The translations under genes and the position numbers were made by a program. The notes beneath the pieces are model-generated. The model did no database searches, was not told the DNA's origin, and worked only from the letters and a program-made list of their open reading frames with translations. A stretch of 63,574 bases of DNA, filler included, from Welwitschia mirabilis (taxonomy: Eukaryota): assembly GCA_051453625.1 (NCBI GenBank). It is 5 parts of one record of this genome, joined end to end, with 100 filler letters (N's around TTAATTAATTAA, not from the genome) between each part and the next. Parts side by side here need not be neighbours in the genome. Positions count along the whole stretch, not along the records: positions 1 to 31,226 come from JBOZIK010000001.1; 4 more parts are not named here. The stretch is one strand, 5' to 3'. Of the stretch, positions 1 to 11,883 are shown piece by piece (position 1 is the first letter of the stretch; each line of letters starts with the position of its first letter).

Positions 1-3000
1 ATCTGATAATAGAATTAAGAGGCTTATAGTAGGAGGTCGAGTTACAGAAAATGAAGAAGAAATAGCAAAGGAACTGAAGACCCATTTTTAGAGAGTTTAG
101 AAATGGGACGATATCACCCCTAGCTTAATTCCAAGGAACAAGAAGGTTTTGGAGGATAATAATCAAATGCCGAGTAAACCCTTAAGTAGAGAGGAGATCC
201 TAGCTGGAGTCAGATCGATAAAAAATAATCGAGCCCCTGGGACAGATGGATGGCCAGTTGAGCTCTTCAAAACTTATTTTTCTATCCTAGGAGATAACCT
301 CCATGATGCAATGTAGGAAATTTTCCATAAACAATGGATTCCTAGAGAGATGAATAGAACCAAAGTAGTTCTCATATCCAAAAAAAGGGGATGCCAGTAG
401 ACTAGAAGACTTTAGACCCTTATGGTTTACAATGTTATTTATAGAATCTTCGCAAAAATTATGGTTGGCCAAGTCACCCTCTTACTCCCTAATGTGATTT
501 CAGGGAACCAAGCCAGCTTCATTCATTCTAGGTATATTTAAGACCACATCCTTTTGACTTATAAAATTATTCACTTATTAAAAAGCATGAATTTCTGCTT
601 CTCATTGCTAAATTAGTTATTGCAAAAGCTTATGACTTGGTTAGTTGGTAATCTTAATTATGCATTCTTAGGAAAATTGGCTTCTTTCAAAATATTATTA
701 ACCCATGGCTAGACATGCAGGCTTCGGCTGAATTTAGTGTAGAGGTCAATAGTCACAGATCAAACTACTTCTTAGTAGGAAGGGGCTTGAGACAAGGGGA
801 TCCTCTATCCCCATACCTCTTCTTGTTTGTAATGAATGTTTTATAAGTTTTCTTAAAAAACAACAGAGTTACAAGAATCAAAATTGGAAGCCAAATTTTT
901 CTCAATAACCACTATGTAGACAATACTATTATCATGATCAAGGTAATCAGTCAACAAGCAAAATCTATAAAAAATGTTATAAATACATTTACAGAGGTAA
1001 CATGACTTCATACTAATTAGAACAAATAATGAATACATACCTTAGATAGACAATGTATCAAAGGGGGCGAAATTGCTCGCATCATGAATGCAAAGTTAGG
1101 AGACCTACAGGACATCTTCCTAGGCATTTCTTTATGAAAGTGGCACAAGACAAATACTTGGAACTACATTCTGGAATATATACAAAGGAGGTGCAACTCC
1201 TGGAACAACAATTTTGTATCTTTAAAGGCTAAAAACATTCTTACAAATTCCTATATAATTTCATCCTTTTGATATATAGCTTCTGTTATCCCCTCTCCCC
1301 CAAAGAAAAAAAAAATAATTCAAAAAATTGATAGATCTTAAAATATTTTATATGATCAAGGGGAAAAGACCACCATAAAATACATCTATGTAAATGAGAA
1401 ATCATAGCCTGTCCTAAAGAATTAGAAGGATGGGGCTCACAAGAGCTCAAAGGATTTTAAAGAGATTATAAGAGGGAGGAAAGTCTAGGAGTGACTTAAT
1501 AAATCACAAGTATAGAAACTCGACAATTGAACATGGAGTGTCTCATCTTTGAAAGCATCTCTACAAAGCTAACTAACAACTTTCTGATTTGAACATTGCT
1601 TAGAATAAAACATCCAAATAGATCCTGATCAAGAAATATGACAAACAAGAAGGTTACAAAAAGCATTAGAGGGGCCAAATACAGGAGAAAATTAAAGTCT
1701 TTTACTGGCCGAAAGAGCCCCACCAAATCTTGATAAGAGACCAATTATNNNNNNNNNNACAGAAATAATTTAGCCTCTCTTTCATCAATGCGCCTAGAGT
1801 AAGGAGCTAATTGCATTAATGACTAACTACCATCAAAGTAGTGGTGCCTTTGACATGCATTCAGTTAATGGGATTCACTTGACGTTATGAAAGATATGGC
1901 AAATCAGAAATAGTTTAATTTTTAATAACATTCCCCTTCCCTTCCCTATTTACACATCCAGAAAGATAATCTTCAATCACTTTAAAATTAAAATTTCCAT
2001 GGAAGACACTCCAAAGTATGAGCCTGTTGACCTAGGCCTCTTCGAAAGATGCCCGGAGCTGTGGAAAAGAAATACAAGCAGTGGAATAGGTAACCAATCT
2101 GCATAAACTGAGAGGAGATATGGGGGTTAATATTACCCCATTTTATAGGCGATGGAGAGGAGGAAGAATAATTTTAGAAGAATCCTGATAAAAATTTTAG
2201 AAGAATCTTTTACCAGACTATTGGAGGTCCCAGCAGAAGGAGAGAGGATCCTGTTTGGAAGTAAAGGCTAATGAGAAGCCCTTCATTTATTTTCAAGTGG
2301 AATCCCAAAGCTGCCCAGTGGGCATATCAGCAGGAAGACGCTACCGCCCCCATGGGGACTCGGGGCAAAACTAGTGGGTAGATATTTCATTTAATCTGGT
2401 AATTGTTCTAACCTTTCTGGAATTCATTTTATGTTTCTTAAGGCTCTTAACCTGGGACACTAGGTGAATAGCGAAAGGACTCCTCTAGGAACTTAGGGTT
2501 AATTATTGCTCTTTAGAGAGAAGCTCAAGAAGCTCAGGCTAGAGAGGTCCCTCCCCCTCCTCCCCCTTACCGTCCTCGCCAAACCAACTTTAGAAGAATT
2601 TGTACCAGAAGTTCCTCCTTCACTCAGAACCCTATCCTAAAAGAAATAGCAGCTCCTTCTAGCTCTAGCAGTAGGGGGCATCTTTGCCCTAGCTTCCTCA
2701 GTAGGTCCATCTTCATCCTCGGCCTAATATAAATCTCCCGAGGAGCATCCTTTTAGCCCAACTCAAGCTCAGTCTCCACCTCATCCTTTTTCAGCTTCGG
2801 GCCCTTCCTCACCGGCTAACCTGCTCAGGAATCCTAGCACTCTTTCCCTCCAGCTTTAGACCCTAGTACTCTCTAAAGCTCTACCTTTGACTCCTCTTCT
2901 TTGAAACGCTAACCCCAAACTTAAGATATTGACATGAATACAGCTAGGAAGGAGGTTCTTCTGGTAACATTGCATGGGTTGAAAATATGTCCATTTGTTA

Positions 3001-3021
3001 CTCTGGGTCTCTCTCATCAAG
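1..3021 (+). mobile_element. L1-clade LINE copy 1: decayed ORF2 (RT to C-terminus) plus ORF3, cut by the window start and a gap
   Basis: RT motifs RAPGTDGWP (~230), GRGLRQGDPLSPYLF (778-822) and YVDN (913-924, decayed YADD). ORF2 TAA at 2104-2106, ORF3 ATG at 2120. J-domain start CPFVTLGLSHQ at 2988-3020, then a gap. Colinear with ~4838-7947 but clearly diverged from it. Confidence 0.93.
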
Positions 3022-3121
3022 NNNNNNNNNNNNNNNNNNNNNNNNNNNNNNNNNNNNNNNNNNNNNNNNNNNNNNNNNNNNNNNNNNNNNNNNNNNNNNN
3101 NNNNNNNNNNNNNNNNNNNNN

Positions 3122-3757
3122 ATCATGATTAAATAAACCCAATTAGTTTTAGCCAGATTCTATGTGTGGATGAGCCTCGAAGACACTAAGAAAATTTAAT
3201 CCATAAAGTTTAGATCCAAATGGAGAACTTATGATCTAGAAGTTACATATGATAATCTTCTCATCCCATGCTCTACCTATGGGAAATCAAGATACTCCTA
3301 GGGAAGATGTACTCCTCCCAAGAAGAAATGCTCTCATTGTGGAAGATTGAATCATCTACAAGAAGAATGCCTGAAGAGATTGATATACATTAGAGAAAAG
3401 TAAAAGGAAACTTATACCTTTTGTAAAAAGACTAGACATAATTAGAGCATATGCAGGCACAAGCAGCAGAAGGAACAAACTAAAAGAAGCACCACCATTT
3501 TTCTAAAGAAAAGCAAGAGAAAGAAAGATCCAAAATAGGAAAACCCATTTCAACCTCTCATGGACGAGAATAACACCCAACTAAACATTCAAGATGATGA
3601 ATCTAATAAAGTGAAAACCCAGACAAAGGGAAGGCCTAGCAAAAGAACCTTATGAGAGTGAGAAACAGCAAAGAACATTGCAAATGGTTTCTAAGCTATA
3701 ATTGAAAACACATTGAAAAAAGAACAAGTGCCTAAAAAGGGGTAAAAACACCCCTAA
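3122..3757 (+). pseudogene. LINE ORF1 (gag-like) 3' remnant with zinc knuckles
   Basis: Intact CCHC CSHCGRLNHLQEEC at 3329-3370. It is preceded by a decayed second knuckle CSTYGKSRYS*GRC (~3268-3310) and a VTYDNL motif. Basic tail GRPSKR..E..NIANG. Several in-frame stops. Confidence 0.8.
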
Positions 3758-6700
3758 TAAATTGTCTCTCATGGAACTATAGGGTATTAGGGTTATCCTA
3801 CAAAAAAAAAAGATCCTACAAAATCTAATTACTTAATATAATATTGATTTAGTCTATCTTTAGGAGATAAAGTTAAAACAAAACATGAAAAACATGAAGA
3901 TGGGTTGACACTAGACCTCATTTAGCATAGCAGCCCAAGGTAAATTCAGTGGTCTTTTAGTTTTTACTAAAAAAGAGGCAGATCTGATTTGTAGCAGCTA
4001 GAATCACATTAGGATTTTTCTTAAGAATAAAGGATGGACCATTACAAATATCTATAGTCTGCAACACAACCTAGACAAGGCTACAGTATTATAAGAAGCT
4101 CAAAAGAATGTAGTGGACAAATCCAAATGGACAATTTTGGGCTACTTAATCAATGCCTCCATCGCTAGGAAAAATTAGATGGGGACAACTAAAACTCTCG
4201 AAGGGCCTCTATCCTAAAAGATTTCTTAGTAAGATATTCTCTCACAGATATACCCATCACTAGTGACAAATACACATGGTCAAATAGAAGAGTAGGTATA
4301 GAGCTAATAATGTCCAAGATTGACAAAGTGATGGCTGAGAAACATCTAGCTAAACATCTTATTGAAGCTAGTGTTCTAAATAGGATTGCCTTGGATCACC
4401 ATCCCATTATGCTTAGAGTTGAGGCCTTTTCACTTTTGAAAACCTTGTTTCATATGGAACGGTACTGGATCAACCAAACAGAAATTAGAATGCTCTTAAA
4501 AAAGATCTGGGCATAGTATGATGATATACAACCTATCACTTTCTTATATAGAGGCTTCAATACCTTGAAGGCTCACATAAGATACTAGAGAAAGAAAGAC
4601 AAGAAGAGGTTTGACTCAAAATTTGAAATTGAGGAGGACCTCAAATGCATTTAAACTAAATAGGAGAAGGGAGGTAGTTAGGATAGCCTTAAAAACAGAG
4701 AATACCAGTGCCTAATGGAGATCCAAGAAATACATGAGAACAAAAAAAATTATTGAAGAGAATGATCAAGGATCAAGTGGCTTAAAGAAGGTAATAGACA
4801 TAGTAGATTTTTCTTCTAGTAGGACAACCAATAAAGATTTAATAACAGAATTAAGAGGCTTAGAATAGAAGGCTGAGTTGCAAAAAATAAAGAAGAAATA
4901 GAAAAGAAATTACAAACCCATCTTCAGAGAGTCTGGAAATGGGATAATATCATCCCCAGCCTAATTCCAGAGAACAAGAAGGTTTTGGAGGAGGATAACC
5001 AAATGCTAAGCAAACCCTTAAGTAGAGAGGAGATACTAGCTACAATCAGATTGATGAAGAATAACCGAGAACCTGGTCTAAATGGATGGCCAATCATACT
5101 CTTTAAAACTTATTTCTCTATCCTAGGAGATAACCTCCATGATGCAATGTAGGAAATTTTCCACAAATGGTGGATTTCTAGAGAGATGAATAGAACTAGA
5201 GTAGTTCTCATACCAAAAAAAAAGGATGCCAGTAGACCAGAGGACTTTAGATCCTTAGGGATTTGCAATATCATTTACAAAATCTTTGCAAAAAATTATG
5301 GTTGACTGAATCATCCCCTTACTTCCCAATGTAATTTTAGAGAATCAATCCGACTTCATTCATTTCAGGTATATCCAAGATCAAATCTTTTTAATCCATG
5401 AAATTAGTCACTCCATTAAAAAGCAAAAATTTCCACTTCTCATTGCTAAACTAGATATTGCAAAAGCTTATGACTCAGTTAGTTGGTAAGCTTTAGGGTG
5501 AATTCTTAGGACAATCGGCTTCTCTCAAGATATTATGAACCTATGGCTAGACATGCAAGCTTTGGTTGAATTTAGTGTGGAGATTAAAAGTTATAGATCA
5601 AATTTATTCTCAATAGGAAGAGGCTTGAGATAAGAGTATCCTCTATTCCCATACCTTTTCTTGTTTATGATGAATGTTTTATAGGTTTTCTTAAGAAAAA
5701 ACGAAGTTACAACAATCAGAATTAGAGGTCAAATGTTTCTCAATAACCACTATGCAGATAATACTATTAACATGACCAAGGCAACTAGTTAACAAGCAAA
5801 ATCTATAAAAAAATTCCATGAAGACATTTAAAGAGGCAACAGGGCTTTACATTAATTGGAAAAAATGAAAAATATATACCCTGGATAGGAAATGTATTAT
5901 AGGGGGCAAAATCACTCACATCATGAATACAAAGTTAGGAGACCTTCAGGACACCTACCTGGGTATTCTTTTACAGAATTGGCATAGGAAAAATACCTAA
6001 AACTACATTATGAAATCTATACAAAGGAGGTGCAGCTCTTAGAAGAACAATTTTCTATCTTCAAAGGCTAAAATCATTCTTACAAATTCCTATCTAATTT
6101 TTTTCTTTTAGTATATAGCTTCCATTATCATCCCCAAAGAATATTATTTAAAAAATTGACAGGATCCTAAAAGATTTTATATGGTCAGGGGGAAAAAGAC
6201 CATCATAGAATACATCTATGTAAATGGGAAATCATAGCCTATCCTAAAGAATCATAAGGATAAGAAATATAAAAACTTGAAGATTGTATTCTTACAGGAG
6301 CTCAAAGAATTTTAAATAAATTACAAGAGGGAGGATAGCCTTGGAGTGACTTAATAAATCACAAGTATAGAAAATGGACAATTAAACATGGAGTGTCTTA
6401 TCTATGAAAGCATCTCTGCAAAGCTAATCAACAACTTTTTAATTTAAACATTGCTCAAAATAAAACATCTAAATAGATCCTAATCAAGAAATATGGCAAA
6501 CAAGAAGGCTACAAAAAGAATTAGAGGGGCTAAATACCAAAAAATATTAAAGTCTTTTACTGGATAAAAGAACATCATTGAATCTTGATAAGAGATGTAT
6601 TATTAAAAAGAGAATTTAAAGTTGATATCAAATGTCCCATCAGTCAGTCCATTACAAAAAAAATTTAGTATCTCTTTTATTAATGTGCTTTAATTAAGGA

Positions 6701-7001
6701 GCTACTTGTATTAATGACTAAGTATTATCAAAGCAGCGGCACCTCTAAGATGTATTCAGTTGATGGGGTTCGCCTAACTTTATGGTAGACATGAAAGATC
6801 AGAAATAGTTTAATTTTCAATAATGCCCCCCTTTTCTTTCTTATTTATACAACTAGAAAGATAATTTGCAATCACTCTCAAATTAAAATTGCCATGGGAG
6901 CCACTCCAACGTATGAGCTTACTGATCCAAAAATCTTCGAAGGATGCCCAGAACTGTGGAAAAAAAATCCAGGTGATGGGGTGGAGAGTCCTTTTGCATA
7001 A
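3757..7001 (+). pseudogene. LINE ORF2: APE endonuclease, reverse transcriptase and degenerate zf-RVT; many stops and frameshifts
   Basis: INCLSWNYR start (ATA, probably a decayed ATG). YTWSNRR, SKIDK and LDHHPI (endonuclease). EPGLNGW, KLDIAKAYDSV (5448) and YADN (5751-5762). CPISQ..YLFY*C (~6633) and W*T*KIRNSLIF (~6783). TAA at 6999-7001 is at the same position as in copy 1. No RNase H seen. Confidence 0.92.
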
Positions 7002-7014
7002 ATTGAGAGAAGAT

Positions 7015-8135
7015 ATGGGGGCTAATATCGCCTCGCTTTATAGGCAATGGAGAGGAGGAAGAACAACTTTTAGAAGGATCCCAATAAAAATTTCAGAATA
7101 ATCTTTTACCAGTTTGTTAGAGGTCCCAGCGGAAGGTGAGAGGATCACGTTCAGAAACAGAGGCTAATGAGAAGCCCTTCATTTCTTTCTAGGTGGAATC
7201 CTAAAGCTTCCTAGTGGGTATATCAGCAGGAAGGCACTACCGCCCTCGTGGAGACTTGAGGCAAAACTAGTAGACAGATATTTCATTCAATTTGGTAATT
7301 GTTGTAAGCTTTTGGAATTCATTTTATGTTTCTTAAGGCTCTTGACCTAGAACACCAGGTGAACCTTCCCTACTTCTTCATTCAAGTCCTTAAGCGAAAG
7401 GACTCCTCTAGGCACTCAGGTTTAATTCTTTCTCTTTGGAGAGCAGCTCAAGAAGCTCGGGCCAGAGAGGCCCCTCCCCCTCCTCCCCCTTCTCGTCCTC
7501 GCCAAACCACCCCTAGGAGAACTTCTTCTAGAAGTTCCTTCTCACATTGGAACCCTGTCCTGGAAGAAACAATAACTTCTTCCATCCCTAGTAGTAGGAG
7601 GGCATCTTCACCTCCAGTTCCCTCAGCAGGTCCATCTTTATCCTTGGCCCAATAGAAATCTCCTGAGGAGCCTCCTCCTAGCCCAACTCAAGCTTAGTCT
7701 CCATCTCATCCTTCCCCAGCTTCAGGCCCTTCCTCACTAGCTAACCCTACTCAGGAATCCTAGCACTCTCCCCCTCTAGCTTGAGACCCTAGTACCCCTC
7801 AAAGCTCCACCTCTGACTCCTTTTTTTTGGAGCCCCAACCCCAAACTCAGGATGTTGACATGAATATAGCCAGGAGGGAATTTCTTCTAGCGACATTGCA
7901 TGGGTTGAAAAGATGCCCATTCGTTACCCTGGGTCTCTCTCATCAAGCTCTTCCCTAGGCTATAAAATTGACTTATAGGAAGAAAGCTCTATGCATTCAT
8001 CCAAATAAGAACCTGGCTAGTGCTAAAGAAGTGAAGATAATCAATTGAGCTTTTGAGGTGCTCTCAGATGACCTGGGCAGATTCTTACTTGAGAACAACC
8101 ATCATAACATGTTCCCTTACTGCAAAGGTCTATAG
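7015..8135 (+). pseudogene. LINE ORF3 (about 373 aa reconstructed): N-terminal globular domain, Pro/Ser-rich linker, C-terminal DnaJ J-domain
   Basis: ATG at 7015. A 1-nt deletion near 7310 is absent from copies 1 and 3. From 7326 the frame continues into 7914-8081, which reads CPFVTLGLSHQALP*AIKLTYRKKALCIHPNKNLASAKEVKIIN*AFEVLSDDLGR and fits the J-domain pattern. Terminal TAG 8133-8135 is shared with copy 3. Confidence 0.85.
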
Positions 8136-9138
8136 AGGACTAGTATCCTCTTTCTTTTTGGTTTTTCCATGGTAATCCAAGTTCTTTGTAAGTTCTGGTT
8201 TCTAGAGGTGGTTTTGCCCCCAGTTTTCAGCAATCTTAAGTCCTTTTATATGGTTGTTTCCATTAGTACTTACATCCTTTTAGGCAACTTCTTATTATGT
8301 TGTTTTTTGAGGGGTTGTTTTGCCCCCTTTTTTGGTTTTCTATTCTCTCTGCTATGAACAATTTTATGCTTCTGTAACACTCGAGCGATTTTGCCCTCTA
8401 ATATACATTTCCTAGTTTAATACATATACTTTTTTCCCAAAAAAAATATTGAATTGCAAATACTTTTATGATCTATTAAGTAATTAACCTTAATTTTTTG
8501 GTGATCTTTTATAATTTTGATTTTTTATTAACATAATAATAATGATAATTATTTATGAATTTGTTTCATAAGAAAAGAAACTAATAAAGAAAAGTTATCT
8601 AAAATGTTAAAATCAAATAACTCCATTTATATAAAGGCATCTGATATACATAGTAAGATTGTTAAATTGAAAATTTTCACAGAGTTATATAATAATAAAA
8701 AAATATTTACATAATTGTAATATAAAATCTATATTTTATTTATTCATTCATGTATCTAATCTAAGTCTACAAAGTAAAACTACTTAATAAAAATAGATAG
8801 TTAATGTCGTTGGTAAAAGAAGTGGATACAAAAAATTAAGTGTAATACATTCTATCATGATATTTTCTTTATTGTATTTTATGTTGATCGATTCGATGGA
8901 TCTTGAAATTCATGAGATGTAAAAAGTATGTGTACTATTATCAATGAATTAAGAATTATGAAAAATTAGATTTTACTCTATCATAACTTTTATCCTTCTT
9001 GATACCTGTGAAAGTACTTAATTTATGAAACATATATATTTATTAAAATTAAAAAATTTTATCTTGATGTATCACATGAAAATTTGAAAAAAAAAAACTC
9101 TACATAAAAAATATTGACTCTTTTAATGCTATTACACA

Positions 9139-10585
9139 TTTTTTTTGAAAAAATATATGTATTAGACTAGGAAATATACATCAGAGGTCAAAATCACCTG
9201 AGTGTTATAGAAGCATTAAACTATTCATAGCAATGAGAACAGCAAACCAAAAAAGGGGGACGAAACCGCCCCTCAAAAAAATGGCATATCAAAAAGTTGC
9301 CTAAAAGGGTGTAAGAACTAATAGAAACAGCCATAGAAAAGGACTTAAGATTATTGAAAATCAGGGGCAAAACCACCCCTAGAAGCTAGAACTTATAAAG
9401 AACTAGGAATACTAAGAAAACAAACTTAAAAAAAAAGAGGATTCCAGTCCTCTACAGTCCTCTACAGAAAGGAAACATGTTTCCATGGTTATATTTAAGT
9501 AAAAATCTGCCTAGGTCATCTAAGAGCATCTCAAAGGCTTAATTGATTTTCTTGAATTCTTCAGCAGGAGTCAGGTTCTTATTTAGATGGAGGCGAATAA
9601 CTTTCTTCCTATAAGTCAACTTTATAGCGTGAGGTAGAGCTCGGTGAAAGAGACCTAGGGTCACAAATGGGCATCTTTTCAAACCCTAAATCATTGCCAG
9701 AAGAACCTCCCTCTTGCCTGCATTCATGTTCATATCCTGAGTTTGGAATTGGGGTTTCATAAAAGAGGAGACAAAAGCAGAGCTTTAGAGGAAACTAGGG
9801 CCTAAATCTAGAGAAGGATAGTTTTGAGCATGCCCACCTTGTTCCTAGGGAGGGTGAGCTGGAGAAGAAGGGCCTAAAGCTGAGGAAGGATGAGAAGGAG
9901 GCTGAGCTTGAGCTAAGCTAGAAGGATGCTCCTCAGGAGTTTTAATGGGCTAGGAGCGAAGACGATTCTTTTAAGTGAGCTAAGGGCAAAGGCACCCTCC
10001 TATTACTGGGGCTGAAATGAGCTGTTGTTTCTTCAAGAGTAGGGTTCCTAGCTAAGGATGAACTTCTAAAAGAAGTTCCCTAGAGGGGGTCTGATGAGGA
10101 CATTGAGGGGGAGGAGGGGGAGGGGTCTCTCTGGCCTAAGCTTCTTATGCTGCTCTCCAAAGGGATTAAACCTAAGTGCCTTTCGGAGTCCTTACGCTTG
10201 AGCACTTGAATGAATAAATAGGGAAGGTTCACCTAGTGTCCTAGGTCAAGAGTCTTAAGAAACATTAAATGAATTCTNNNNNNNNNNNNNNNNNNNNNNN
10301 NNNNNNNNNNNNNNNNNNNNNNNNNNNNNNNNNNNNNNNNNNNNNNNNNNNNNNNNNNNNNNNNNNNNNNNNNNNNNAAACATTAAATGAATTCTAAAAA
10401 GCTTAGAACAATTACTAGATTGAATAAAATATCTATCGACCAGTTCTACCCTAAGTCCCCATGGGGGCGATAATGCCTTCCTGCTAATATACCACCGGGC
10501 AGTTTAGGAATTCTATATGAAAAGAAATGGAAAGCTTCTCATTGGCCTCTGCTTCTAAACGGGATCCTCTCGCCTTCCATTGGGA
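9139..10585 (-). mobile_element. 5'-truncated LINE copy 3 containing only ORF3, 3'UTR and poly(A), with TSD
   Basis: Poly(T) at 9139-9146. The sequence is the reverse complement of ~7125-8446. AATGCTATTACACA occurs at both 9125-9138 and 10586-10599. J-domain at ~9506-9673 reads CPFVTLGLFHRALPHAIKLTYRKKVIRLHLNKNLTPAEEFKKIN*AFEMLLDDLGR. Confidence 0.92.
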
Positions 10586-11883
10586 AATGCTATTACACAT
10601 TATTAATGCATGTTTGAATAAATTAAATATGATTATGAGTATATAAAGAATTATTAAATAGCTAGTAAAGAAAATGATATATGTAATAAACTTTGTTAAT
10701 TAAAGTAAGAGGATTACTCATCCTAGGTAGGTACATGAGTCATAAATATGATTTCTTCTTGTCATTTACAAATCAATGTTACTCATCACTTAAGTAGATT
10801 CAATTTGTTAAATTAATATTATCTAATCTAATGTAATGAATCTTATATAATTTAATATGATCATACTACATTGTGTTAATTCGATCAAAAATCCTTAGTC
10901 TATAATTTACCTATAAATAGAGTTTTTATCTCTCTTTTAAACTAATTGTTCATTATTATGCAAGTATATCCTATAAATTACCTTCTCATTTTTTCCTCTC
11001 CTTATTTTCCTTCTCATCCTCTTACTATAAGTGTTGAAGTTGAAGCTTGGAGATTGAAGCCTGAGATCTGTATTTAAAGATCTTAGCTTAAGACATGATT
11101 AAATCTTCGTCGATCTTCATAGAATTGTAGTTTCATATCATTCCTTTTTTAAGTAGGTAACATTTACTTATTTTATTGGAATAAGAGAGTATTACCTTAG
11201 GCCATTTTATATCTTTATTATAATATTTCTTTTAATGAAATTTTCCCTTCCATTTGGGTAAAACCAAGACAAGGGAGATATTCGAGAGATCTATTTACAT
11301 GTTTCATTTAGAAGATTACTAAGGAAAATAATGAACTAAGTGATTAAAGGGTTAATTTAATATTTGAGTACACATGTTCATTTTACATCATATATTATTG
11401 AATGCTTTTCATAATTGTATTATGCACCAAATGCATATTAAAACCCTCTTATTACCTTCCAGTCAATCATAAGGCTTACTGAATTTGTTTACTTTAAATT
11501 AATCTCACATATTGATTTTTCCTAATTAATGTAGACTTGTATTAGTAATTATTTACTTTGTATATTACATAGATTAATTAGTTTAAGTATTTATACTAAT
11601 CTTATCATCTATGCTTGATTATATTTATTTATGAATTATTATGTTCTTATTATAGCCAAAGTTCATTTTCCCCCAAAATGGTAACATAAGTTTAAAATAT
11701 GATAACTTATTAAGTATTGAAAATACTAAATAATATTGTTTTACAAGTTTAAGTACTTGTTAAGATTATAAAAATTTAAAAATGGTAATTTTTTGGATAA
11801 TTTTTAAAAATTATTTTATGGTAATAACTTAGAAAATAAAATCAAAAGTAACGAGTGATTATTTTTACTTTAAAAAATTAATA

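Larger units (their letters stand above)
3122..8446 (+). mobile_element. L1-clade LINE copy 2, near full length: ORF1 3' part, ORF2 (EN-RT-zf), ORF3 (J-domain), 3'UTR, poly(A)
   Basis: Domains occur in the expected order: zinc knuckle, endonuclease, RT and C-terminal motifs. The element ends in ...TTTTTTCCC-A8 at 8439-8446, and this 3' end matches the minus-strand copy at 9139. Confidence 0.93.

Noticed and set aside
7914-8135. Reading the J-domain as an independent host DnaJ gene or processed pseudogene
   Set aside because: It lies at the same position after ORF2 in two diverged LINE copies and shares the 3'UTR and poly(A) with a third, TSD-flanked copy.
10600-11870. LTR-like tracts with TATA boxes (also 13000-13800)
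   Set aside because: No termini, partner LTR, PBS or PPT could be defined. Too decayed to support a call.
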